From a virus (lineage: Duplodnaviria; Caudoviricetes), in the IMG/VR virus record IMGVR_UViG_3300029288_000056, positions 96,001-160,000 of that record: DNA of 64,000 nucleotides; one strand, given 5' to 3'. Shown in pieces: positions 34,984 through 44,115 of this stretch. The number at the start of each line of letters is the position of its first letter. The stretch's first letter is position 1. The notes below the pieces were generated by a model, which saw nothing but the letters and a program-made list of their open reading frames with translations, searched no databases and had not been told where the DNA came from. A program made the translations under genes and the position numbers.

Positions 34984-36436
34984 GAAGCCTTCCTCTGATC
35001 TCTTCTAGAGACTCTTCGCGGACTAACTCACCGTCGATGAATACGTCTTCCAGTAGGTCGTCCAATACCGCCGCTCTAGTCCCGGGGAACATACCATCTA
35101 TACAACGAGTCTGGCCTTCGAAGTCTCTCACGACGACCATTCCGCAATGACTCTTTTTAAACTTACCAGTGTCGGTTACGGGATCCTTAAACAGCTTTTT
35201 CTCTTCTCCACCAAAGACACCAAATGTCGTCTTGAGCGCGAAACCGAAAGTATCGCGGGTGTTGTATTGGTAAGTGAAGGACCCGATCCCATAAACCATG
35301 TTCGTCGAAGCAAACTTGTTTTCCAAAAGCCGTTGACAAATCTCTTCGCATCTCAAAAGCGTAATAGCGTCACCGTAAATACAACCGATATGTGAGTCGA
35401 GCTGTCGGTAGCCCTTCTCGGTTATAGTTCCACCAAAGATTTCCCAAAGGATCTGAAGAACACCTTTGCGCTCATTCTCGTCATCCGAGTTGGGGTCGCC
35501 GCAAATAATTGTAACTGGGTCGCCTGAGTCGGGGCGAATAACTACGCGCCCTTCTCGCGCCATAATGACGTCCTTCAAGGGACGGATAACTTCGTTCAAG
35601 ACTTTCCACAGGTTCCACGTATCAGAGACGATAGAAACGAAACCCTTAGGATAGACCTCGGTGATGAGCCTTTTATAAGACTCGAACTCGTTCTGGCCAT
35701 AGGCTTCCATAACACTATGTTCTGTTGCCGGTATTGAGGTGCCTACAAGGCTCTTCTCAATGTCAGCGCCGTAAAACTCTTCGAGATACATAATAGCCGG
35801 AATCGTGTCGGTCCCTGTGAACGAAAGAAGGTGCCCTGCGCCACTAGACTTACTTGCCTCAAGGCAAGACATACCTCTCATTGAAAAGTCGTGGCCTTGG
35901 AACTTTACAAACTCCATGTCCCCACCAGTTGAATCTGCATAGAAGTCTAACAGCTTCCGGTATTCGTATGCGATGGTCGCCGAAGTTGTAGGCTGCCAAA
36001 GCTCACAAGACATTAACGTCTCGATGTAGTTAGTCAGCCAGAAAAACTCAGGCTTAGTATTCTCGATCGTTAGGATAGGAATTCCAATAGGGATCCGGCT
36101 ACCTTCCTTAACCGCTCTGATTCGCAACGGCAAGTACCCGAGATCGTGCAGCGCCTCAATATGATCGGTTCGGGGGTTTCCGCCAAGAGTGTTTTGAATA
36201 ACTCTCCTATGTTCCCCCACCACTTCAGCCTTGGGACGACTAAAGAAATTCTCGTTAAAATAATCCATAAGGAACTTCTTGATGAAGGCCTGAAACCCAA
36301 AAGCTACAACCTTATCCACGTTTTTTAAACGGGAAATACGAGGAGTCCACGTAGAATAAATCATCTCTGTGTTCTTGGGATACTGCTCAAAATGGGACTG
36401 TTTGTAAAAGTCCGTTAGTAATGTAGGTGTAGTCAC
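34976..36436 (-). CDS. nadV: Nicotinamide phosphoribosyltransferase-family protein (NAMPT/NadV; probable Namat of NARP1)
   Basis: LLTDFYKQSH, HDFSMRG, IPATEHSVM, SIVSDTW, VIRPDSGDP, IYGDAIT motifs. Confidence 0.92.
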   Translation of the reverse strand: MTTPTLLTDFYKQSHFEQYPKNTEMIYSTWTPRISRLKNVDKVVAFGFQAFIKKFLMDYFNENFFSRPKAEVVGEHRRVIQNTLGGNPRTDHIEALHDLGYLPLRIRAVKEGSRIPIGIPILTIENTKPEFFWLTNYIETLMSCELWQPTTSATIAYEYRKLLDFYADSTGGDMEFVKFQGHDFSMRGMSCLEASKSSGAGHLLSFTGTDTIPAIMYLEEFYGADIEKSLVGTSIPATEHSVMEAYGQNEFESYKRLITEVYPKGFVSIVSDTWNLWKVLNEVIRPLKDVIMAREGRVVIRPDSGDPVTIICGDPNSDDENERKGVLQILWEIFGGTITEKGYRQLDSHIGCIYGDAITLLRCEEICQRLLENKFASTNMVYGIGSFTYQYNTRDTFGFALKTTFGVFGGEEKKLFKDPVTDTGKFKKSHCGMVVVRDFEGQTRCIDGMFPGTRAAVLDDLLEDVFIDGELVREESLEEIRGRLLG

Positions 36437-36448
36437 GACACGCTCCTT

Positions 36449-37303
36449 TTAGTTATTGCTCTTTATTAGGCTGCATACTTTGATTTTATCATGTGGTATA
36501 GTTAGTATACTATCTGTCGTAAATATCTTCGTTATTAGGTCTGATTCCAAAAGCTTACCCTGATGGACCGAGTCTTCACAGTGGCCGACAATCAAGTAAA
36601 TCTTGTCAGCGCCAAGAGCCTTAAGCTTTTCTGCGCCTAGTAAAAACGTAAATCCCTTAGATGCCAAGTCGTCTACCATTACGACATTAAACACTTCTGG
36701 CGGCTCAGCGTCCCCGCCCACAATTGTTAAACTAGTAATCTTTCCGGTGGCAAAGTCTCGGTGTTTGAATCCGACAAGGTGTCGAAAACCGGGAAACAAC
36801 TTGGCGTATCGTTTCTCTGCGCTAGCATCCGGAAAGTAAATGAAGTCTCGCTCGTTGTTAAACTCAAATTCACCTTTTTCGCGCATATCGTGGAAAACCC
36901 CCTCAACTAATCCCTTAACTCGACAATTATTTAGCAGCGCTACGCACACATCAGAGTGGGGCTCATTCACGGTAACCTCTTCAAACCCCAGTGAGTTGAT
37001 CAGCTCACAAACATACTTGAGCGTAAAAGCGAAGCCCGCCTCAGCTCTATCTAAACGTGAGTAGGGCATATAAAGAATATTGAGAATGATAGCGTATCCT
37101 TTAAAGACTTGGTCTATATACTTTTTCAAAAACATCAAATGAATAAGGTCGGAGTCGTCCTCGTATTTTAGGGTGAACTCGATGACTTTAACCAACATAC
37201 GATACTCATCAAAATCTAAGGGAAGATCTTCAACTCTAAAGAACAGTTCGCCGTTCGGATACTTTTGGAAATTCATCTTCTTACCGTTTAGTAGGATCAT
37301 CAT
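36449..37303 (-). CDS. prs: Ribose-phosphate pyrophosphokinase-like protein (probable Adps of NARP1)
   Basis: YPNGE, YMPYSRLDR, EPHS, FPDASA, KHRDFATG, MVDDLASKGFTF motifs. Confidence 0.88.
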   Translation of the reverse strand: MMILLNGKKMNFQKYPNGELFFRVEDLPLDFDEYRMLVKVIEFTLKYEDDSDLIHLMFLKKYIDQVFKGYAIILNILYMPYSRLDRAEAGFAFTLKYVCELINSLGFEEVTVNEPHSDVCVALLNNCRVKGLVEGVFHDMREKGEFEFNNERDFIYFPDASAEKRYAKLFPGFRHLVGFKHRDFATGKITSLTIVGGDAEPPEVFNVVMVDDLASKGFTFLLGAEKLKALGADKIYLIVGHCEDSVHQGKLLESDLITKIFTTDSILTIPHDKIKVCSLIKSNN

Positions 37304-37545
37304 TTCTCTTTTCGTTGAATAATTAGTTCACTACCACAATGAGGACACCATTTCCATATCGCATCAAAGTCAGGAGGATATGTAAATACCATAGCTAACA
37401 TTTGAGAATATGCACGCCTCCCCAACAATTTCAAAGCCGCTCTTATTGGCATCAAGCATCCATTAGGACAAACCGCCTCACACTTATCTCGCAATTCTAC
37501 ATCATGAATATCCTCGTCATTCTTAATCCTTAGATTATAATCCAC
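37300..37545 (-). CDS. Zinc-ribbon protein
   Basis: CPNGC...CPHCG. Confidence 0.65.
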   Translation of the reverse strand: MDYNLRIKNDEDIHDVELRDKCEAVCPNGCLMPIRAALKLLGRRAYSQMLAMVFTYPPDFDAIWKWCPHCGSELIIQRKEK

Positions 37546-37931
37546 TATTTCTCCAGTATCAAGTGTTTAGTATCCTCAATCTTATCTAGAATATGTTGAG
37601 CTAATTCTTTCACGTAGTCTATAGCTTGGTGAGCCGTTTTATTATGCCACTGCGAATTATAGAAGTTAGGATTCCTGATGAGAAAGTTGCGTATTAGAGT
37701 CTTAACATGACGATAAAATTCCTCTTCACACTGGGTAGTGGAATTCTTACGCCGGTTAGTTTCTTTATAGTGCGCTTTTCTCCATTTATTAATCATTTTA
37801 GTGGGAGGGCAACCTCCATCATAGAGTTTCCAACGGCTGTCCGGATTAGCGCAAGGAACCTTCTCTTCCGCATTATAAGGTGCATGAGCGCGGCAGCGCC
37901 TACACTTCTCTTCCCTACTAATCATTCCCAT
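37545..37931 (-). CDS. Hypothetical protein
   Basis: Coupled ORF. Confidence 0.65.
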   Translation of the reverse strand: MGMISREEKCRRCRAHAPYNAEEKVPCANPDSRWKLYDGGCPPTKMINKWRKAHYKETNRRKNSTTQCEEEFYRHVKTLIRNFLIRNPNFYNSQWHNKTAHQAIDYVKELAQHILDKIEDTKHLILEK

Positions 37932-38223
37932 TGAGTCTCTCCTTGATTATGGTACCTATCGTTTCCACGTTTTTTGTGTAGTAGGTTTTCATATTCGAAA
38001 TAACGTTGTTCGTTTTATCGTAGAAACAAACTTTCCGTTCCCCCACTGTCACAAAATGATTGCTTTTCTTAAACCGCTGTCTACCGTTAAGGTTCGTTTC
38101 GGTATCGTTCCTTATCACTTTCGAGGTGACCGCGGGTGTCTCGCCATCTGGCTCATAGCCATGTTGGAGAACTAAACTAACTACTTCATTTATTTTATCC
38201 ATTTTATATTTCACCCTCGACAC
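37918..38223 (-). CDS. Hypothetical protein
   Basis: Coupled ORF. Confidence 0.65.
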   Translation of the reverse strand: MSRVKYKMDKINEVVSLVLQHGYEPDGETPAVTSKVIRNDTETNLNGRQRFKKSNHFVTVGERKVCFYDKTNNVISNMKTYYTKNVETIGTIIKERLNGND

Positions 38224-38872
38224 TTAATTGTTCTGTCAGTTGATATTCTATAAAAGCCCTTTTGCGCCTTTCTATTCTATTGCTATTTCTATTTTTACTT
38301 TTGTACGTGGGCAATTGAGCGTCACAATTAGGGCAAACTAGTCTTAAATTATCAAGAGACCAATTAGAACCGTTACCGTTAATATGATCCAAAACTAACG
38401 GAGTTGGTTGACCCATCCACTCTGTTAATCCACAGACTTCACATTTATGGCCGCGTTTATAGATTAAATATTTTCTAACTGGATGGCTGTTTGAACCGCA
38501 ATTAAGCCATGGAAAACCATTGTTAGCCTCAATCTTCTCACAATTTAATTTCCATTGATTATCTTTGTGGCACTTATTACTACAATACTTAGTATCATAT
38601 CTCTCCAACTCAGTGCCACAGACTATACAATATCTCTTACCTTTTGTTTTATTGTTGATCTCTCTTTTACTATTATTAAATGTCGCGGAACAATGATGAT
38701 CACAAAACTTATTCCTTCTCTTGTTAAACGGTAAAGTCTTGCCGCATTGCAAACATACAGGCGGATTTTTTATGTAAGCTTCATACACTTTTTCAAATCT
38801 TGATTTAATAAAATCATCAAGATGAGCTTTTTGATATCCTAATTTACCTGCTTCTGAATGCGTCATAACCAT
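38204..38872 (-). CDS. HNH endonuclease with zinc fingers
   Basis: CEVCG...LVLDHINGNGSNWSLDNLRLVCPNCD. Confidence 0.9.
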   Translation of the reverse strand: MVMTHSEAGKLGYQKAHLDDFIKSRFEKVYEAYIKNPPVCLQCGKTLPFNKRRNKFCDHHCSATFNNSKREINNKTKGKRYCIVCGTELERYDTKYCSNKCHKDNQWKLNCEKIEANNGFPWLNCGSNSHPVRKYLIYKRGHKCEVCGLTEWMGQPTPLVLDHINGNGSNWSLDNLRLVCPNCDAQLPTYKSKNRNSNRIERRKRAFIEYQLTEQLSVEGEI

Positions 38873-38888
38873 AATAATTTCTCCTATG

Positions 38889-38975
38889 AGCCGGGGGTGG
38901 GATTCGAACCCACGTGACGATTTCTCGTAACCCGCTTACAAGGCGGGCCCAATCAACCAACTATGGGACCCCGGC
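38889..38975 (-). tRNA. tRNA-Thr(TGT) with long variable arm
   Basis: GCCGGGG/CCCCGGC acceptor, CCCGC-CTTGTAA-GCGGG, ACGA-GAAA-TCGT variable stem, canonical T arm. Confidence 0.85.
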
Positions 38976-38980
38976 ATATT

Positions 38981-39139
38981 CTAATACTCTGCTAAAAAGA
39001 ATCCCACTTGCTCGTTCCAGTCCCCCGCGCCCATCTCTAAAGGATAACTCTCAGGATCGTGACTGTTTTCCGCAAGCCAGTACTTCTCGAAAGCGTTTAA
39101 GGCTGCGCGTTGCTCAGCTAAATATTCGTCAAGTTTCAT
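38981..39139 (-). CDS. Small hypothetical protein (52 aa)
   Basis: Below track cut-off; ATGA-coupled; MKLDEYLAEQRAALNAFEKYW... Confidence 0.65.
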   Translation of the reverse strand: MKLDEYLAEQRAALNAFEKYWLAENSHDPESYPLEMGAGDWNEQVGFFLAEY

Positions 39140-39561
39140 ACTATCCCCCACTCCCTAGCCTCGTCAGCGGTGATACTTACGACCTCGTCCTCACTCATTA
39201 GGCCTTCGTTGCGTGCCCACACGTTAATGCCGTAGGCCTCGCAATACTCATCCCAAGCGCCATGATTGCAAATGTTTTGCACACTTACCCGGACCATTAC
39301 GACTTCAGGTTCTTCAGGACGCTCTCCACCCTTATCATAAGCATCACTTTCGTCTTTGGCCCGGTGACATCGTTCCCGGTTTTCGTGCTTAGCGCGTTCC
39401 TCAGCCTCTTTGCGCGCGATCTCTCGCTGTCTCCTGCACTCAGCGTCGCGTTTGATGGACTCTTGGCGTTCCTCTTGCTCACGCTCAAATTGCGCAATCT
39501 CCTCTAGAGCGCTCTCTATTGAGATGTTCCAACCAAGGCCCAAACAATTTTCTGGATTCAT
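39136..39561 (-). CDS. Charged coiled-coil hypothetical protein
   Basis: GGAGG RBS. Confidence 0.75.
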   Translation of the reverse strand: MNPENCLGLGWNISIESALEEIAQFEREQEERQESIKRDAECRRQREIARKEAEERAKHENRERCHRAKDESDAYDKGGERPEEPEVVMVRVSVQNICNHGAWDEYCEAYGINVWARNEGLMSEDEVVSITADEAREWGIV

Positions 39562-39569
39562 AATGCCTC

Positions 39570-39764
39570 CTATCCTAGAGAATTAAGAAATGCTATTGGG
39601 CTAGTCCCATTTTTATAGGCATCCCAAAGTTTATTAGTGCTTATGTGCCGCTCATTTATCACGTTAGTCAAGTCTTCTCCCACAACTGAAAGAGCGTAAT
39701 CCATATCAGATATCCAGTTGGAGAAATCATGATCCTCTCTCATTAATGTAGATAATAGACTCAT
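39570..39764 (-). CDS. Hypothetical protein
   Basis: AGGAGG RBS. Confidence 0.7.
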   Translation of the reverse strand: MSLLSTLMREDHDFSNWISDMDYALSVVGEDLTNVINERHISTNKLWDAYKNGTSPIAFLNSLG

Positions 39765-39773
39765 AATACCTCC

Positions 39774-40094
39774 TTATCGTAGTGTGCGAACATACTCCTG
39801 TAATTCTTTTAACTCCTCGACCTTCTTGCGAAAGCTCGGTATGCACTGTAGATATCGCTCGTAATATTCTTTGCCGTGTTCGTCTTTCATGTCCTTAAGA
39901 TAGCGGCAATGTTCGCCAAACATATGTGCGAAAATATCCCAATAACGATATGACTCCAGAGTTCTGTTCATCTTACAGAACCGTGCTGTCACCTTTTCTA
40001 GTTCCGCAATATATTCTTCTTTGTAGCTCATTAGAATTTTCCCAAGGTCGCAAGTATGGTGAATAGACCGAAAAAGCCCGCCATAACATACCAT
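39774..40094 (-). CDS. Hypothetical protein
   Basis: Start uncertain. Confidence 0.6.
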   Translation of the reverse strand: MVCYGGLFRSIHHTCDLGKILMSYKEEYIAELEKVTARFCKMNRTLESYRYWDIFAHMFGEHCRYLKDMKDEHGKEYYERYLQCIPSFRKKVEELKELQEYVRTLR

Positions 40095-40169
40095 AGTCCT
40101 CTAGTGAACGAGTTTCTTCGGCAAGTATTTCCTGCTATCGCGCACAGAACCATCATTAAAAAGAAGTAG

Positions 40170-40493
40170 TTATCCTGTGGCATCAGCGGTCTCCTTTGCG
40201 GCTTCTTCCTTCTTATAGTTGCGCGATTCTGCCTGAGAAATCAAGAGAGCCATCATATTCATAATCGCGTCGTGTGTACATTCCAGCTCAGAGATACGAA
40301 CGGCTAGTTCTTTGTTGTTTTCCCTGAATTTCCGCTCAGTCTGAATTTCAATAGCCGTCTTCAGTATTCTCTTGCGCTCTCTGATATGAGTAAAGAACTC
40401 ACCCCAGAACAGGTCGAGAGTTATCTGCAGTCTATCTTCGAGTGGTAATTTCGCGAGCCTTTCCAGTATCAATAATGTCGATGTGCCTTCCAT
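40170..40493 (-). CDS. Hypothetical protein
   Basis: GAGG RBS, directly after promoter. Confidence 0.7.
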   Translation of the reverse strand: MEGTSTLLILERLAKLPLEDRLQITLDLFWGEFFTHIRERKRILKTAIEIQTERKFRENNKELAVRISELECTHDAIMNMMALLISQAESRNYKKEEAAKETADATG

Positions 40494-40513
40494 TTTTCCT
40501 CACTTTCGTTAAT

Positions 40514-40544
40514 AATATAACATAAGACAAAGGAAAAGTCAAGC
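40514..40544 (-). promoter_or_regulatory. Sigma70-type early promoter
   Basis: TTGACT-17bp-TATATT with TG extension. Confidence 0.8.
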
Positions 40545-40564
40545 GTTATTTTACCATAAAAAAT

Positions 40565-40635
40565 CTGGCGGGAAAGGAATCGCACCCTTATTTCGAGGTT
40601 CAAAGCCTCGCGTCTTACTATTGGACGACCCGCCA
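40565..40635 (-). tRNA. tRNA-Gln(TTG), G55 variant
   Basis: Cloverleaf, CGAGG-CTTTGAA-CCTCG, U1-A72, T loop TGCGATT. Confidence 0.85.
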
Positions 40636-40644
40636 ATGTTACTT

Positions 40645-40675
40645 ATTATATCATAACTTTATTCAAAAGTCAAGC
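40645..40675 (-). promoter_or_regulatory. Sigma70-type early promoter
   Basis: TTGACT-17bp-TATAAT with TG extension; immediately upstream of tRNA-Gln. Confidence 0.85.
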
Positions 40676-40678
40676 ACT

Positions 40679-40918
40679 TTAAAATCTGTACCTCTCGTAA
40701 CAGCCGAATTCGTGCCAATCGCGATAATTCCTTATGTTACAGGCGGACCTACAGCCTTGGCAAGACAGGTTGTACTCTCCGATCTTCTTTACCACAATAT
40801 TGTGCATGTCCGTCACAAAGGCCAAGTCCAATAGTACGCCCAGCTTCTCGGCGTTCGGTACCCTGAACAGATGGGCGGTCGCTGGGATAAGACAGTTGTA
40901 AACGTTTTTACTGTTCAT
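40679..40918 (-). CDS. Hypothetical protein
   Basis: GGAGG RBS. Confidence 0.65.
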   Translation of the reverse strand: MNSKNVYNCLIPATAHLFRVPNAEKLGVLLDLAFVTDMHNIVVKKIGEYNLSCQGCRSACNIRNYRDWHEFGCYERYRF

Positions 40919-41582
40919 TATTCCTCCAATCTGTTATTGCTTGAGGATATTCCCTGTCAGCTTGGGTGTATCCTGCCTTGCCCCAAAAGGGGATGCCCTT
41001 GCAGGTTGCCATTTTTTTAAGATATGCCCGAATATCTAAACTTACGGGTCTTTTGCCACTACCCGTTTCTGCCCCTGCTACAATCCAGTGTAATTCACTC
41101 ACATCACCTAGAACATGTTCCAGCAACGGCTCGCACATCACCCACGGGTGCGCGGGGTTCGCCTCTAACAACAGAGGTACCCTTTCGTCCCAGCGCGCTT
41201 GATTCTCGGCGGTTACACCAAGCCAGATGTTTGGCAGATCAAAGATGTAGGATTGCATAAGCATTTCCTCTTTAAATTCCGCCAACCGTTCTGCACGCTT
41301 GGTCAGTATCAAGTAGATGTTCTGTTTGTGCAGATTCATCTCATAGAAGGTACGCCAAATCTGCTCGTGAGTTACGGCCTCGTGGAACAGGTCGTTCCAG
41401 ATCGAGATGATGCGCGGCTTACCCTTACCAAAGCGCGCCAATTGCTTTTCGTCAAAGCGCGGAGTGAAGTCTTTATGCCACCTACGCGTATCGGCTTCAC
41501 TCCAACAGTGAACACACCCCTCTGAAACTGGGGTGCATCCCGGAACCAACATGATACCGTCGTCCCACATCTTACCTGCCAT
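40908..41582 (-). CDS. DUF5131 (phage Gp37/Gp68-like) protein
   Basis: GCTPVSEGCVHCW, DLFHE, LILTKR, NIWLGVTAENQ, EPLL, WIVAGAETG. Confidence 0.88.
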   Translation of the reverse strand: MAGKMWDDGIMLVPGCTPVSEGCVHCWSEADTRRWHKDFTPRFDEKQLARFGKGKPRIISIWNDLFHEAVTHEQIWRTFYEMNLHKQNIYLILTKRAERLAEFKEEMLMQSYIFDLPNIWLGVTAENQARWDERVPLLLEANPAHPWVMCEPLLEHVLGDVSELHWIVAGAETGSGKRPVSLDIRAYLKKMATCKGIPFWGKAGYTQADREYPQAITDWRNNEQ

Positions 41583-41583
41583 T

Positions 41584-41985
41584 TTATCTCCCGTTCAAAA
41601 CATTAGTAACTTGCGTATCGTATGATGTCTCACATTCACAGCTTACCTCTTTTTTAACCACGTCGGCAATCTTGAACCATTCGACCTTAAACTTACCCTT
41701 GATATATTCAGTTACATCCGCGTCAAAACCTGCTTCTTTTAGTGCTTGTTTGTATGCGTTTGCCACCACTGATGATTTAAATTCATGGCTACCGCACTCA
41801 CTACTCTTCTCTTGACCTTTATTAAACCACTCTACTTCGTATAAATAAAATTCTTCTTCATGAAATTTACACTTGTCAGGTGCTATATCGGCGAAGAATC
41901 CTGCTTGATTCAACTTTTGCATAAACTCTTGTGCGAGATGTTGAGAATAAAAACATTTACTACCTATCTCCCTTAAGTTATTCAT
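41584..41985 (-). CDS. Protein with two SPOR-like/VEWF modules
   Basis: Two internal repeats ending in VEWF. Confidence 0.65.
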   Translation of the reverse strand: MNNLREIGSKCFYSQHLAQEFMQKLNQAGFFADIAPDKCKFHEEEFYLYEVEWFNKGQEKSSECGSHEFKSSVVANAYKQALKEAGFDADVTEYIKGKFKVEWFKIADVVKKEVSCECETSYDTQVTNVLNGR

Positions 41986-42313
41986 TATTTATCACCACCT
42001 TAGGATAAACTTTTCCTCTGTTCCAAAGCGACTTAACTATCGCATAATCAATCCTAGACTGAACCTCTACTGTCCTAGCGCCGCAGTCTTTGCAATAAAG
42101 CCAGAGATATTCGTCACATCTTACATCAAGGACGAAACCTTCTCCGTCGTATACTCCGTACTCATGGCCGTCGTTACCGTAGGCCGGCTTTTTGCGGCTA
42201 TGGCATACGGGACAGCGCTTGAAGGGCTTCTGCTTTTCAATAGCCCTAATCTCAGCGCTCGTTAAGTCTCTGCTTTTTAAGAACTTCTTATAGCGTTCCG
42301 AGAACTTTTTCAT
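41978..42313 (-). CDS. Lar-like zinc-ribbon protein
   Basis: CPVCH...CKDCGA...WNR. Confidence 0.6.
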   Translation of the reverse strand: MKKFSERYKKFLKSRDLTSAEIRAIEKQKPFKRCPVCHSRKKPAYGNDGHEYGVYDGEGFVLDVRCDEYLWLYCKDCGARTVEVQSRIDYAIVKSLWNRGKVYPKVVINNE

Positions 42314-42546
42314 TACCTCTCCTTATTTTCAGCAAACTCCGAACATTCCCAAACCGGCGTTACCATACCCGTCAAGACACAGAAGTTGTAAAGAAGCCGC
42401 GCACGTGGACAATTCTCACTCATATCTTCTGGCTTAGGGTGAAACTTGAGGCAACTAAAGCAAAGGCAGTGCTCGCGATGCTGACCCTTAAGATCCTCGC
42501 GCACAAAGTTGATACTACCGTAATGATCGTATGACACGAACTTCAT
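42313..42546 (-). CDS. Small Cys-rich protein
   Basis: GGGAG RBS; HCLCFSC. Confidence 0.7.
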   Translation of the reverse strand: MKFVSYDHYGSINFVREDLKGQHREHCLCFSCLKFHPKPEDMSENCPRARLLYNFCVLTGMVTPVWECSEFAENKER

Positions 42547-42923
42547 TTAAGTCTCCCTTGTATTCTAAATTAGCATGCCCTACTGTATACGTGGCTATCT
42601 GTTTCACAGCGCTAAGCTCCAAACCTGATAAAGCACCCAACAAGATCCAAAAATCATACCTAGCAGAAAGGCCACCATTGCTAGTAGGCCGAGAACTGCT
42701 AGTATCCTAATAAGAAGAAGTTCCCACCACTTAAAGTCGCTCATAATTCCTCCGTGATTGGAATGCGTTCGTCCGGTTCGTAGTTGTTACAAACCGATAC
42801 TTTGCCAATTAGCCGATCAAGATCACAATCTGAATCCTTGTTGTATCGTGGATTTTTTTTACAGTCGTAGCATTGTTCGTTTACCATAGTCTTTGTCTAA
42901 AGAGAAGGCCTCCTGCCTATCCT

Positions 42924-43124
42924 CTACGCTTCCACGGGCTCGTGCCAGTCCAAAACGGCTGGCTCACCAACTACGCCTTTAGAATCACAATTGTAAACCT
43001 CGATGTGTTTGTCGCGGATAAACACGATCCACTCCTTGTTTTCGGGCTCGATCCACCCCACCCAATCAATTCCTTCCGGGTAGGCCTGATATCTCCCAAC
43101 ATCGAGGCGCGGTAACTTAGACAT
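42924..43124 (-). CDS. Hypothetical protein
   Basis: Coupled ORF. Confidence 0.65.
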   Translation of the reverse strand: MSKLPRLDVGRYQAYPEGIDWVGWIEPENKEWIVFIRDKHIEVYNCDSKGVVGEPAVLDWHEPVEA

Positions 43125-43774
43125 TAATCCACCCCCTTCGGTATATACTTAAATTCGATTATAGCTTGAACGATAGGTTTAATCCATTCTACACAATAAC
43201 CTACTATCTGATAAAAAGTGCCAGACGACTTACTTATCGGTGTTACCTCAGAGATAAAACCCTTAGACTCTAGGTTTCTCGCGTAAATCTCGGCGATTCT
43301 CTTACTGTGGAAACTTCTCTTGCCTAACAGTATCTTGTCGCTTACCGGCGGTTTGTCTACTTTGTTAAATGTGTTCCATCCTTCCTGTGCTTCTCGAAAG
43401 GAATGATAGAATATATACGGATAAGTATGACATTTATTGCACTTAGGAAGATAAGTATCAGATCCAACCCAACTTACCGTTTCAATACGTATATCGTCGC
43501 TACCGCAGAGCTTGCACGGTCTTAAGATGGGGTGTTGATCCTCGGTCCACGCATAATAAGAGTCGTAGGGTTCATCGGTGCGTACGTCGTCTTCTGGCCG
43601 CCATCCCTTTTTGAATGGGCGCAATCCGTTTCTCTCTAATCGACAAATACACCGGAATGGATCTCCCTCATTACAATGGAATATACAGTCATCAATGGGA
43701 TTGTTCTTGTTCTTACACACACATTCATAGATTTTATTATACCAACCATCTTTCCAACTATTCAATTGATTCAC
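43124..43774 (-). CDS. Cys-rich + Lar-like + SPOR-like/VEWF module protein
   Basis: CKLCGS...CNKC...AQEGWN; C-terminal YCVEWIK module. Confidence 0.65.
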   Translation of the reverse strand: MNQLNSWKDGWYNKIYECVCKNKNNPIDDCIFHCNEGDPFRCICRLERNGLRPFKKGWRPEDDVRTDEPYDSYYAWTEDQHPILRPCKLCGSDDIRIETVSWVGSDTYLPKCNKCHTYPYIFYHSFREAQEGWNTFNKVDKPPVSDKILLGKRSFHSKRIAEIYARNLESKGFISEVTPISKSSGTFYQIVGYCVEWIKPIVQAIIEFKYIPKGVD

Positions 43775-44019
43775 CCCTCTTTAAAACAAACACAAACGTC
43801 GTTGGGATTCATATAATCATAATCGTCGTCAACAATAACCCAACAAATCTTTCTGTCACCCTGCGCGATCTCATCTGTTCCAAATGGGCCATGCCCTCTT
43901 CCCCAATGATAACACTTTGCACAACAAGCATCCGTCTGTATTAATATGTTTAATTGTTCAACTAGAACAGGCAGCTCATTGGCGGGCATAGATAAAAATC
44001 TAGGCTTATTTCCTATCAT
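43771..44019 (-). CDS. Small Cys-rich protein
   Basis: Start moved to ATG at 44019 (AAAGGAG RBS) to avoid tRNA-His. Confidence 0.65.
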   Translation of the reverse strand: MIGNKPRFLSMPANELPVLVEQLNILIQTDACCAKCYHWGRGHGPFGTDEIAQGDRKICWVIVDDDYDYMNPNDVCVCFKEG

Positions 44020-44034
44020 AGATCTCCTTTGATG

Positions 44035-44111
44035 GGTGAGCGATGGGAGTCGAACCCACAAAATTACTCGGGTCACAGCCGAGCGCTTTAACCAATTTAG
44101 CTACGCTCACC
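44035..44111 (-). tRNA. tRNA-His(GTG)
   Basis: Cloverleaf with G-1:C73, CTCGG-CTGTGAC-CCGAG. Confidence 0.9.
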
Positions 44112-44115
44112 ATAA

